64,000 bases of DNA from Ilumatobacteraceae bacterium (GCA_017853385.1 JAFMJR010000002.1:120-64119), one strand, 5' to 3'. Numbered from the stretch's first letter, positions 17,692 through 26,074 are shown. Notes: generated by a model from the sequence alone, not told the origin. Made by a program: numbers and translations.

Positions 17692-17708
17692 GTGAACGCT
17701 TTGTGAAG
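17692..17708. promoter_or_regulatory. 11-bp-phased direct repeat GTGAAC / GTGAAG in the glnII-nadE divergent intergenic region
   Basis: GTGAAC sits at 17692-17697 and GTGAAG at 17703-17708; on the glnII strand they read CTTCAC-N5-GTTCAC. This is the kind of repeat bound by OmpR/PhoB-family regulators. Confidence 0.3.
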
Positions 17709-17731
17709 TTGTAGACCCCTAGCCTGAGAAC

Positions 17732-19423
17732 GTGGCGAAATCGACCCGATCTGTCCGCGTGGGATTAGCCCAGTTCAACCCTGTGGTTGGTGGGATTGCT
17801 CAAAATTCTGAGCGGATTCGGGAGTTGTACACCCTGGCGAATAATGCCGGATGCGACATAGTTGCCTTCCCTGAGCTTTCGATTACCGGATACCCGCCTG
17901 AAGATTTGGTCCTGAAGTCGGGCTTTGTTGCTGAAAACCAGCAAGCCATGCGAGAAATCGTCGCTGCGACTGGTGAATGCGTGGCGGTTTTTGGTTTTGT
18001 AAGTGGATCGCACGGCGACTTGCGCAATTCTGCGGCAATTGCTTCACGGGGTTTGCTGCATGGCACCTATGACAAACATTTGTTGCCGAATTACAGCGTG
18101 TTTGATGAAGAGCGTTATTTCACACCTGGTTCAGCATTTTCTCTGTTCACCATTGCAGGGGTGAATGTTGGTGTAACGATTTGCGAAGACATCTGGCAAA
18201 GCGAAGGACCAGTTAAAGCGCAGGCGCAAGCAGGTGCGGCACTGAATATCAACATCAATGGCTCGCCGTTTCATCGTGGAAAGTTTGATGAGCGTCAGCA
18301 AATGGTGAGCGAACGCGCAAAAGATAATTCATGCGCAATTGTGTACGTAAATCAAGTGTGTGGACAAGACGAGTTGGTCTTTGATGGTGGAAGCATGGTG
18401 TTTGATCACCATGGAGACCTTGTAATGAGAGCTCCTCAATTTGAAGAAAAATTGACGTTCGTTGATCTTGAAGTCAACGAGTCATTGTCAACTCGCGGTG
18501 TTCCAGTCATTGAGGTGTCTGCAGAAAGTCGTGCTCGAGGCGAAGAGCAACGCGGATTGATTTCATCACCAGCTGCAGATCTAGAGCAAGTGTTCGGTGC
18601 GCTGGTGTTAGGAACTCGCGACTACGTTCGCAAAAACGGATTCACCGATGTAGTGATTGGATTATCTGGCGGAATTGACTCAGCTCTAGTGGCTGCAGTT
18701 GCAGTTGAAGCCCTTGGCAAACAACATGTGCACGGTGTTTCAATGCCGTCACGCTATTCAAGCGAAGGCTCTAAAACCGATGCTGCAATTCTTGCAAGCA
18801 ATCTTGGTATTGATATGCAAACCATTTCAATTGAACCTGCATTTAGCGCATACCTTGACATGACGGCCGCAAGTTTTTCGGGAAAGCCTGCCGATTTAAC
18901 AGAAGAAAATTTGCAGAGTCGCGTGCGCGGAACAACTCTCATGGCGCTGTCAAACAAATTTGGCTGGATGGTGTTGACCACTGGCAATAAGAGTGAACTC
19001 GCAGTTGGCTATTTCACTTTGTATGGTGATTCTGTCGGCGGTTATGCAGTGATTAAAGATTTATTGAAGACGACGGTGTACGACTTGTGTCGGCATATCA
19101 ATGAGCGAAGTGGGCGCGAACTTATTCCAGAGGCGGTTATTTCTAAGCCTCCTTCTGCTGAGTTGCGCCCGGACCAGCGTGACGATCAGTCGCTTCCTCC
19201 GTATGAAGTGCTCGACCCGATTTTGGAGTTGTACGTGGAACAAGATCGCACTGCCGCTGAAATCATTTCCATGGGTTTTGATGAGGCATTGGTGAGAAGA
19301 ATTTCGCGGCTTGTAGATGTAAATGAATACAAGCGCAGGCAAGGGCCTCCAGGAGTTCGAGTTTCGCTGAAGGCATTTGGCAAAGACAGAAGATTGCCAA
19401 TTACCAATGCCTACCGTGGCTAG
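17732..19423 (+). CDS. nadE: glutamine-dependent NAD+ synthetase
   Basis: 563 aa with an N-terminal CN-hydrolase domain (VAFPELSITGYPPEDL, VTICEDIW) and a C-terminal NAD synthetase domain (GLSGGIDSA). GTG start. Confidence 0.9.
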   Translation: MAKSTRSVRVGLAQFNPVVGGIAQNSERIRELYTLANNAGCDIVAFPELSITGYPPEDLVLKSGFVAENQQAMREIVAATGECVAVFGFVSGSHGDLRNSAAIASRGLLHGTYDKHLLPNYSVFDEERYFTPGSAFSLFTIAGVNVGVTICEDIWQSEGPVKAQAQAGAALNININGSPFHRGKFDERQQMVSERAKDNSCAIVYVNQVCGQDELVFDGGSMVFDHHGDLVMRAPQFEEKLTFVDLEVNESLSTRGVPVIEVSAESRARGEEQRGLISSPAADLEQVFGALVLGTRDYVRKNGFTDVVIGLSGGIDSALVAAVAVEALGKQHVHGVSMPSRYSSEGSKTDAAILASNLGIDMQTISIEPAFSAYLDMTAASFSGKPADLTEENLQSRVRGTTLMALSNKFGWMVLTTGNKSELAVGYFTLYGDSVGGYAVIKDLLKTTVYDLCRHINERSGRELIPEAVISKPPSAELRPDQRDDQSLPPYEVLDPILELYVEQDRTAAEIISMGFDEALVRRISRLVDVNEYKRRQGPPGVRVSLKAFGKDRRLPITNAYRG

Positions 19424-20598
19424 TTTTCGGAATGCACCGATCGATATCGCAGAATCAGCAACGCACCGATCACACCGAACACTGACCCCAGCAGCGCTGG
19501 TCCTTTGACCCCATATGACTCAAAGAGATGCGTTGCCGCAATGGCAATAACCGCACGTCCAAGTGTGCCTGCGCCAAGCACCCAACCAAGACCTGTTCCC
19601 GGACTATTTGGAACAAGCGAAGTTGCAAGGGGCAACAAGCTCACCACTGAAAATTCAAACCCTAAGAAATAGATGAACACGGCAATGATGCCGATGATGA
19701 AATTGTGTGATCCGAAATTGAGCAATAGTCCCGCGGGAACTATCAGCATCGCACCAAACGCAACGCTTCGCTCTTTGCCCCATTTGTCGGTTTGGCGAGA
19801 GCTGCTTACCGATGCAACGAGTTCAACCAAACCTAGTGAAAATCCAGCAACTGCAAGTCGTGCCGCACCAAATTGAAACTCATCTTCAAGCCAAGCGCCA
19901 AAAGTTACAAATAGATTTTGTGCACTACTCATAATGCAAAACATTGTCGCAACAACAAACCATGCATTTCCGGTTACTCGTTGTGGCGTTGAGCTGTGAC
20001 TTTCATGAGCAATTTTGTCGTGGTTTGTTACTCGTACATAGATGACATATGTAGAAATGAGCAAACAGAGCACTGCGAATGCAAATCCAATTCGCCAGTT
20101 GGTTGCTGCAGTGATTAGGCCCATGACTGAAACGCCAATGAGCAGACCAAGCGCCCAAGCAGTTTCAGTGAGGCCAACAATTTTTCCACGCTGTGTGTAG
20201 GGAACATGATCAGCAATCCATGCTCCAAGACCAAGATCAAAACTTTGTTTTGTCAAAGCCAAAACTGTGACGCCAACTGCAAAGAGCAATGGCGAAGTAG
20301 ATATTGCTGCAATCGTGCAACCAAGTGCAGAACCAATGAGCCCAAGCACCATGCTGTTGCGATGAGTTAAGCGATCAACGAGTCGTCCAGCAAATGGTGA
20401 AGCAAACCCAGATAGTTCGCTTATGAATACCGCAAAGCCGAGAGTCGAGAGCGGTACATCAAATCCGCGTGCAATTGTTGCGAGAAATAAGGGTGCGAAT
20501 CGGTAGGCCGCGTTCGCAACGAGTCGCGCAATGGTTACGGCGGTGATATTGCTGCGAATTTCGTGATCAAAGGAGTCATCAAGTAAACGGTGCAGCAT
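19420..20598 (-). CDS. MFS transporter
   Basis: 392 aa with about 12 hydrophobic helices and an MFS-like GRLVDRL loop motif after TM2. Confidence 0.75.
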   Translation of the reverse strand: MLHRLLDDSFDHEIRSNITAVTIARLVANAAYRFAPLFLATIARGFDVPLSTLGFAVFISELSGFASPFAGRLVDRLTHRNSMVLGLIGSALGCTIAAISTSPLLFAVGVTVLALTKQSFDLGLGAWIADHVPYTQRGKIVGLTETAWALGLLIGVSVMGLITAATNWRIGFAFAVLCLLISTYVIYVRVTNHDKIAHESHSSTPQRVTGNAWFVVATMFCIMSSAQNLFVTFGAWLEDEFQFGAARLAVAGFSLGLVELVASVSSSRQTDKWGKERSVAFGAMLIVPAGLLLNFGSHNFIIGIIAVFIYFLGFEFSVVSLLPLATSLVPNSPGTGLGWVLGAGTLGRAVIAIAATHLFESYGVKGPALLGSVFGVIGALLILRYRSVHSEN

Positions 20599-20600
20599 GA

Positions 20601-21206
20601 TTACAACGATTCTGTAGTGAGGTCATCATCAACAAGCGTGACTAGGTCGCCCGCAGTGATGCGTTGGTCTTTGTGAACATGGAACCAACTTCCCCCAAGG
20701 TTTGGAAGGCGTGGATTACTTGCGCCAAGTACATAGCGAAGCGTACGAATGACTCCGCTATGGCTAATGACAAGTGCAGTCCCGCCCGCACATTTATTTC
20801 CAATGTCTACAAACGCATCAGTAAGTCGCTGCACAATGTCTTCGTCGGATTCAAAGCCTTCTGGTTTCGTTCGCGAAGCCAAAAATCCGGGCCACTGTTG
20901 TTCAATTTCGGTGCGGGTTAAACCCTCCCATGGGCCAACGTGGGTTTCTTGCAGCCGAACATCGGTTTCAACAGGACCAATTCCGTGCGCCTCAGAAATG
21001 ATGTGAGCAGTTCGAAGCGCTCGCAACAATGTGCTCGACGCAATGTAATCAAATGTGCCAAGACGCTGGGCTGCTTGTCGTGCTTGAGCTACACCTAAGT
21101 CGCTCAATTCAATATCGGCACGACCCTGCCAACGCTCCTCAATATTCCAGAGCGATTGCCCGTGTCGTACGACGAGCAAACTTGCGACAATGGAATGAGA
21201 AGACAC
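20601..21206 (-). CDS. histidine phosphatase (phosphoglycerate mutase-like) family protein
   Basis: It has the RHG motif LLVVRHGQSLWN and a downstream ISHSGVIR His. The track ORF extends to 21326 and would overlap the moaD-like gene, so GTG 21206 is preferred. Confidence 0.75.
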   Translation of the reverse strand: MSSHSIVASLLVVRHGQSLWNIEERWQGRADIELSDLGVAQARQAAQRLGTFDYIASSTLLRALRTAHIISEAHGIGPVETDVRLQETHVGPWEGLTRTEIEQQWPGFLASRTKPEGFESDEDIVQRLTDAFVDIGNKCAGGTALVISHSGVIRTLRYVLGASNPRLPNLGGSWFHVHKDQRITAGDLVTLVDDDLTTESL

Positions 21207-21242
21207 GTCAAGGCAGGGTAGTGGCAAAGGTACGATGAGGTC

Positions 21243-21485
21243 GTGGCTCAATTGCGATTGTTCGCATCTGCTCGAGAAGCAGCGGGATGCTCGCGCGAAG
21301 TCATCCCCGGCAACACCGTTTCCCAAGTTGTAACCGAAGCCATTTCACGCTTTGGCGCCGATTTTGAGCGAGTTCTGGCAACGTGTCGCATATGGGTAAA
21401 TGGCGAGGTCGCCGAAATGGATGCAAAAGTCAACGACAATGATGAGGTGGCAATTCTTCCTCCTGTGTCCGGCGGTGATCAATGA
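21243..21485 (+). CDS. moaD: MoaD/ThiS-family beta-grasp sulfur-carrier-like protein
   Basis: 80 aa with LFASAREAAG, VNGE and DEVAILPPVSGG, followed by two extra residues (DQ). GTG start. Confidence 0.75.
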   Translation: MAQLRLFASAREAAGCSREVIPGNTVSQVVTEAISRFGADFERVLATCRIWVNGEVAEMDAKVNDNDEVAILPPVSGGDQ

Positions 21486-21964
21486 GTAACTACTCCGAAC
21501 TTGATCTTGCAGGTATTCGTACAGCACGAGCTGAATTGCAGTCTCAAGAAGATGCGGTGTCGTTTGTTCGACGTATGGCTCAGGGTCGATTAGATATTGC
21601 TCGCGACGAACAACGCCGGCGGTCAGCAAACATGCCGACCAGCAATACCGCTACAGATCTTGCTGGTGTGTTTGGTCAAGAACATGGTGGTGGCTCAGCC
21701 CGACCACCGCGCGAAACAAATGTTTCAACTGACCACCCACTTGTTGTTGAGTTAGAACAGTTGTGTGAGCGGATTGGTTTTGGCTCAATTCGAACGCTTG
21801 ATGTCGATGCATTGCAACGCGTAATTGACGAACTTACAGCTTTTGAAAATGCCCGATCTGGAGAGCGTCGTGCATTGTTTGACCAGATTGACGCTCTTAC
21901 CGCTGAGTTGGTGAAGAGATATAAAGACGGTGGCGCAAATGTTGACGCCCTGTTGAACGATTAA
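21482..21964 (+). CDS. RsiG-like protein (candidate c-di-GMP-binding anti-sigma factor family)
   Basis: 160 aa. EDAVSFVRRMAQGRLD (aa 23-38) exactly fits E-x3-S-x2-R-x3-Q-x3-D. A second copy, ENARSGERRALFDQID (aa 122-137), has F in place of Q. The start overlaps the moaD-like stop (ATGA). Confidence 0.55.
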   Translation: MSNYSELDLAGIRTARAELQSQEDAVSFVRRMAQGRLDIARDEQRRRSANMPTSNTATDLAGVFGQEHGGGSARPPRETNVSTDHPLVVELEQLCERIGFGSIRTLDVDALQRVIDELTAFENARSGERRALFDQIDALTAELVKRYKDGGANVDALLND

Positions 21965-21970
21965 GAATTT

Positions 21971-22333
21971 ATGGCCGTCGATAAACGTTTAGTTGATGTT
22001 GGCAACTTCATTCGACAGCAGCGAGAGCTTGCGCAGCAATCTATTCGTGATTTGGCAAAGGTTGCGGGAGTATCTAATCCCTACTTGTCGCAAATTGAGC
22101 GTGGACTACGCAAACCTTCTGCAGAAATTTTGCAACAGCTTGCTCGTGCCATGAAGATTTCTGCTGAAACACTGTACGAGCGTGCTGGAATTCTCGACCC
22201 AAGCGAGGAACCTCGATCTGGAGTGGTTGATGCGGTGTCCTCGGATACACGTTTAACGGTTGAGCAAAAGCAGACGCTCTTGTCGGTTTACCGCAGTTTT
22301 GTTGGAGAAAACACGGGTTCAACTCCAAGCTGA
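21971..22333 (+). CDS. XRE-family helix-turn-helix transcriptional regulator
   Basis: 120 aa with the HTH QSIRDLAKVAGVSNPYLSQIERGLRKPS. Confidence 0.8.
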   Translation: MAVDKRLVDVGNFIRQQRELAQQSIRDLAKVAGVSNPYLSQIERGLRKPSAEILQQLARAMKISAETLYERAGILDPSEEPRSGVVDAVSSDTRLTVEQKQTLLSVYRSFVGENTGSTPS

Positions 22334-22375
22334 ACTGGGCGGAATATCAAGCCCCGCAGATAGGTTGAATACGTA

Positions 22376-23587
22376 ATGCAACGCGTAGCCGTTCTCTCCA
22401 TGCATACCTCGCCGCTGGCTCAGCCAGGCGTTGGCGATGGTGGCGGAATGAATGTCTATGTACGCGAACTGGTTTCATCACTTGCGAGCAGTGGTGTTGA
22501 TTGCACGACATATACGCGAGCATGGAGAAGCGATTTACCTGAGGTGATTGAAGTTGAACCGAATCACCGAGTGGTTCATGTAAAGGCCGGTGCGTTTGAC
22601 TTACCCAAGGACGAATTACTTGGTGCGGTTGATGAATTCACCGATGGTGTTGCTTGGCACATTTCGCATCACGGTGGCACAGACATCGTGCATGCGAACT
22701 ACTGGCTTTCAGGACTTGCTGGTCATCGTCTGAAACACGAATTGGATTTGCCATTGGTCACAACATTTCACACCTTTGCACGAGTGAAGAGTTTGGGTGG
22801 AGATGCCGAGTCCCCAATTCGCGATAAATCCGAATTGGAAATAATTGGATGCGCAGATGCAATCATGGTCAGTTGCACCGAAGAGCAATCGCAGTTTCAA
22901 TCGTTGTATGGAAGTGCTCCTGGGTCAATTGAGGTACTTGCGCCTGGTGTTGAGCGGGCGTTTTTCTCCCCCGGAGATCGTCGCGGAGCACGTCATGCAT
23001 TGAAACTTGGCAGTGGTCCGATCCTTTTATTCGTGGGGCGAATTCAACCGTTAAAAGGTCTTGATGTTGCGGTGCGCACACTCGCCGAACTTGGTCGGGC
23101 AGACGCTCAACTAGTGGTGGTGGGCGGAGCAAGCGGGCTTGAAGGCGCAACCGAACTCGCCCGTGTGCAGCTACTCATTGAGGAGCTTGGACTTGTTGAT
23201 CGTGTGAAGTTTTATGAGCCGCAACCGCATCATTTGTTGTCTACGTTTTATCGTGCGGCAGATGTCGTCTTAGTTCCCTCGCGCAGTGAGAGTTTTGGAC
23301 TAGTTGCTCTTGAGGCTGCGGCTTGCGGGATTCCTGTGGTGGCAACAGCCGTTGGTGGACTTTTGAATTTGATTGAAGACGGAAAAACAGGATTTCTTGT
23401 TCCTGGGCGAGATGTTTCTGGATTCGTTCGCTTTACGCGCCGGCTACTTGACGATTCACTGTTAGCGATTTCGATGGGAACTGCAGCAGCGCATCGTGCA
23501 CAAATGTATTCATGGAAATCTGCAGCAATGAAGGCCCGCAGTGTGTACACCGAGTTGCTTGAACGTGACTTGGTTGCGTGTAGCTAG
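22376..23587 (+). CDS. mshA: D-inositol-3-phosphate glycosyltransferase (mycothiol biosynthesis)
   Basis: 403 aa. The N-terminal VAVLSMHTSPLAQPGVGDGGGMNVYVRE is the MshA hallmark. It also has the GT4 C-terminal E-x7-E region PSRSESFGLVALEAAACGIPVV. Confidence 0.85.
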   Translation: MQRVAVLSMHTSPLAQPGVGDGGGMNVYVRELVSSLASSGVDCTTYTRAWRSDLPEVIEVEPNHRVVHVKAGAFDLPKDELLGAVDEFTDGVAWHISHHGGTDIVHANYWLSGLAGHRLKHELDLPLVTTFHTFARVKSLGGDAESPIRDKSELEIIGCADAIMVSCTEEQSQFQSLYGSAPGSIEVLAPGVERAFFSPGDRRGARHALKLGSGPILLFVGRIQPLKGLDVAVRTLAELGRADAQLVVVGGASGLEGATELARVQLLIEELGLVDRVKFYEPQPHHLLSTFYRAADVVLVPSRSESFGLVALEAAACGIPVVATAVGGLLNLIEDGKTGFLVPGRDVSGFVRFTRRLLDDSLLAISMGTAAAHRAQMYSWKSAAMKARSVYTELLERDLVACS

Positions 23588-24048
23588 TGTCAGATCTATT
23601 CGACGATTCCGCTCTTGCGCGTATAGAACGTCAAATTGATGAATGGTTGTCACGCGCAAAAGCCAACAACCATCTGATATTGGCAGTTGATCGTTCCACG
23701 GAGCAGGAAATTCGCTGGTACGTGCGCATGTCGGGTGAAGAAAAAGAGTTCACCACTGTTTGGCTCACATTAGGACAGCGCACTTTACGATTTGAAACGT
23801 ACGTGATGCCTGCACCTGAAGAAAATGCGCAGGTGCTGTATGAAAATTTGCTGCGAAGAAATGAAAAACTTGTCGGAGCCCATTTTTCAATTGGTCAGGA
23901 AGACGCTGTGTTTTTGCGAGGTGAAATTTCGCTCGCTGCCTTGAATGAGCAAGAGCTGGATCGAGCAATCGGCACCTTGTATTCAACGGTTGAACAATGT
24001 TTTGGATCCCTCATTCGAATTGGTTTTGCCAGCCGTTTTAACGATTAA
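23587..24048 (+). CDS. YbjN-domain protein (conserved mshA neighbour)
   Basis: 153 aa. The GTG start overlaps the mshA stop by 1 nt. Its size and its position directly after mshA match the YbjN-like protein found next to mshA in mycobacteria. The call is mainly from context. Confidence 0.5.
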   Translation: MSDLFDDSALARIERQIDEWLSRAKANNHLILAVDRSTEQEIRWYVRMSGEEKEFTTVWLTLGQRTLRFETYVMPAPEENAQVLYENLLRRNEKLVGAHFSIGQEDAVFLRGEISLAALNEQELDRAIGTLYSTVEQCFGSLIRIGFASRFND

Positions 24049-24066
24049 CTGCACACATTGCACTGA

Positions 24067-24110
24067 GTTCGGGTTATTGGCAATCGGAGAAGTTGTCCAA
24101 TAACTCGAAC
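24067..24110 (+). terminator. long stem-loop after the ybjN-like gene (possible terminator or RNA stabiliser)
   Basis: GTTCGGGTTATTGG pairs with CCAATAACTCGAAC (14 bp, one G-U), extended by CAA/TTG. No U-tract follows. Confidence 0.35.
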
Positions 24111-24134
24111 CACTGAAGTCGCTAACCTGACGGC

Positions 24135-24926
24135 ATGCAAAAAGAGCCGATCACATTTGTTGGTGGTGGCAACATGGGCGGCGCAATTATTGAAGGCTTG
24201 TTGCGCGCGGGATGGAAATCCTCGGATATTTCGGTTGTCGAACTTTCTCAAGATCGGCGTGATGCATTGCAAAGGTTGTTTCCAGGTATTCAGACCAGTG
24301 ATGTCATTGGGCCATGTTCTTCGGGGGTAATCGCGGTTAAACCAGGCGGAGCAGCGGACGCGTGCAAGGCACTGAGTGCAGCAGGTGCCACGCGTGTGCT
24401 TTCCATTGCTGCAGGTATAAGCGCCGCAACTTTGCAAAACGCTGCTGGCAAACACACTTCGGTAGTGCGGGCGATGCCAAACACACCCGCACTTGTCGGC
24501 GAAGGCATGGCTGGAATCTGTGCAACTGAAACAACACCTGAAGAAGTTCTGCAGTGGGCAGAAACTGTGTTGGGTGCTGTTGGCAAAGTAGTTCGTGTTC
24601 CGGAATCTCTGATTGATGCGGTTACCGCAATTTCTGGTTCTGGCCCTGCATATTTATTTCTCATCGCGGAAGCGCTTACAAATGCAGCGATAGATCAAGG
24701 GCTAAGCGCCGAAATTGCAGATGTACTGGTGCGACAATTATTTGTTGGCTCGGCGCAACTGCTTGGAACTTCCGCGGAAAGTCCTGAAAAATTGCGAGCC
24801 AATGTCACTTCGCCCAACGGGGTGACTGCTGCAGCAATTGCCACTTTTGAGGCTTCAGGAATTCGCGAAGCAATTTCGCAGACCGTGAAATCGGCGGTTC
24901 AACGCAGCCGTGAGATGGGCAACTAG
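24135..24926 (+). CDS. proC: pyrroline-5-carboxylate reductase
   Basis: 263 aa with FVGGGNMGGAII (NADP fold), VRAMPNTPALVGEGM and SPNGVT. Confidence 0.9.
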   Translation: MQKEPITFVGGGNMGGAIIEGLLRAGWKSSDISVVELSQDRRDALQRLFPGIQTSDVIGPCSSGVIAVKPGGAADACKALSAAGATRVLSIAAGISAATLQNAAGKHTSVVRAMPNTPALVGEGMAGICATETTPEEVLQWAETVLGAVGKVVRVPESLIDAVTAISGSGPAYLFLIAEALTNAAIDQGLSAEIADVLVRQLFVGSAQLLGTSAESPEKLRANVTSPNGVTAAAIATFEASGIREAISQTVKSAVQRSREMGN

Positions 24927-25064
24927 TCGCTAGGGTATGCCCCAGGTCACGAACTCCGGACGGGGTTACCCCCCAACCGGGAGTCGCGCTCGAAAGAGTG
25001 CGCCGTTTGGGCCGGTGCCGTCGGGGGGTTGGCACCGGCCCATTCGTTACTTTCGAAACTCACC
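24927..25064 (+). promoter_or_regulatory. GC-rich structured intergenic RNA (candidate cis-regulatory leader) upstream of the SAM hydrolase gene
   Basis: Nested helices ACTCCGG/CCGGGAGT enclose CGGGG-TTA-CCCC. A GAAA-capped hairpin sits at 24986-25003 and an 11-bp GC hairpin at 25009-25041. A C6 run (24969-24974) is complementary to a G6 run (25023-25028) in the last loop. Confidence 0.35.
25009..25041 (+). terminator. GC-rich hairpin (proC terminator or attenuator of the downstream gene)
   Basis: GGGCCGGTGCC - 11-nt loop - GGCACCGGCCC, followed by ATTCGTTACTTTCG. Confidence 0.5.
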
Positions 25065-25940
25065 ATGACACCGCGCTTCAATCACATTTCGTTCCTCACT
25101 GATTACGGAACACGCGATGAATTTGTTGGAGTAGTGAAGTGTGTTGTTGCAGATATTGCGCCACATGTTCAGGTAATCGATATCACTCATGACATTCCTG
25201 CATTTGATGTGCGAGCAGGTGCACTTGCTCTTGCTCGTGCAGTTGCATATGTGCCAAAAGGAGTCGTTCTCGCTGTTGTTGATCCAGGCGTTGGCAGCGC
25301 ACGTCGCTCAATTGCTGTGAGCGTGGCAGGTGGTGAAGGTGTGTTTATTGGGCCAGATAATGGTCTTTTGGCTACTGGGGTCGCATTGGCCGGCGGCGCT
25401 GAATTTGCGGTTGAGCTGACCAACACGAAGTATCACTTGCCTTCACCTGGAACGACCTTTGCCGGTCGTGACATTTTCGGACCAGTAGCCGCACACATCT
25501 GCAATGGTGTTGATTTGCGCGATCTTGGAAATGAAATTGATACAGCATCAATTCTTCCTGGCATAGTTCCGATTACGCGAGAAGAAAACGGACATCTTGT
25601 TGGTGAAGTGACATGGGTTGACGGTTTTGGAAATTGTCAATTGAATATTGGCCCTGAAGATATTGCTCACTTCGGTTCACCAGTTCGAATTGCGATTGGA
25701 AATGCAGACTCGCCTAACCACATCGTTCGTTCTGTTGCTGTTGTACAGAATTTTTCTGAAATCGGAACTGGTCTTGGGTTAGTAGTCGACAGTTATGGAA
25801 TGTTGGCTATTTGCGCCGATCGTGGCTCGGCTGCCACAGAACTTGATCTTGGGCCAACAAATATGGTGACGATCAGCCAAGACCCCAATGCAGGCGTTGG
25901 AGTAAGCACATCAGTGCGACTGGGCTCCAAACCCAACTGA
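25065..25940 (+). CDS. SAM hydrolase / SAM-dependent halogenase family protein (DUF62, SAM hydroxide adenosyltransferase-like)
   Basis: The N-terminal ISFLTDYGTRDEFVGVVKCV is typical of DUF62, with downstream VVDPGVGS and FAGRDIFGP. ATG 25065 is used; the track start at 25029 is a TTG inside the hairpin. Confidence 0.7.
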   Translation: MTPRFNHISFLTDYGTRDEFVGVVKCVVADIAPHVQVIDITHDIPAFDVRAGALALARAVAYVPKGVVLAVVDPGVGSARRSIAVSVAGGEGVFIGPDNGLLATGVALAGGAEFAVELTNTKYHLPSPGTTFAGRDIFGPVAAHICNGVDLRDLGNEIDTASILPGIVPITREENGHLVGEVTWVDGFGNCQLNIGPEDIAHFGSPVRIAIGNADSPNHIVRSVAVVQNFSEIGTGLGLVVDSYGMLAICADRGSAATELDLGPTNMVTISQDPNAGVGVSTSVRLGSKPN

Positions 25941-26074
25941 ACGACCTAAGAGGCGTAAAGTCAGATCATGCGCCCAGCAACGACTCTCGCCATTGCATTG
26001 CTTCTCGTAGCCATTTTTACTGCGGGAATACTTTCCCTGAGGTAGATGGAATTGAGTAGTGAAGTGAGCTATTC

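Noticed and set aside
24045-24455. 136-aa minus-strand ORF overlapping the proC 5' region
   Set aside because: It is antisense to proC, which has NADP-binding and catalytic motifs. The product is Cys/Arg-rich.
24927-25064. Possibility that the structured proC-downstream element is SRP (4.5S) RNA, a tRNA or 6C RNA
   Set aside because: CCAGGUCA resembles the 4.5S RNA 5' side, but the invariant GGAAGCAGC-type domain IV motif is missing. No tRNA cloverleaf or GGTTCGA T-arm is present. The C-run is not in two 6C-type loops.
25968-26045. 25-codon ORF (MRPATTLAIALLLVAIFTAGILSLR) in the gap before fadD
   Set aside because: It looks like a single-TM peptide and has an AAGAGG about 14 nt upstream. 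But it is too short, and the spacing too long, to support from sequence alone. It might be a leader peptide, and I cannot tell.
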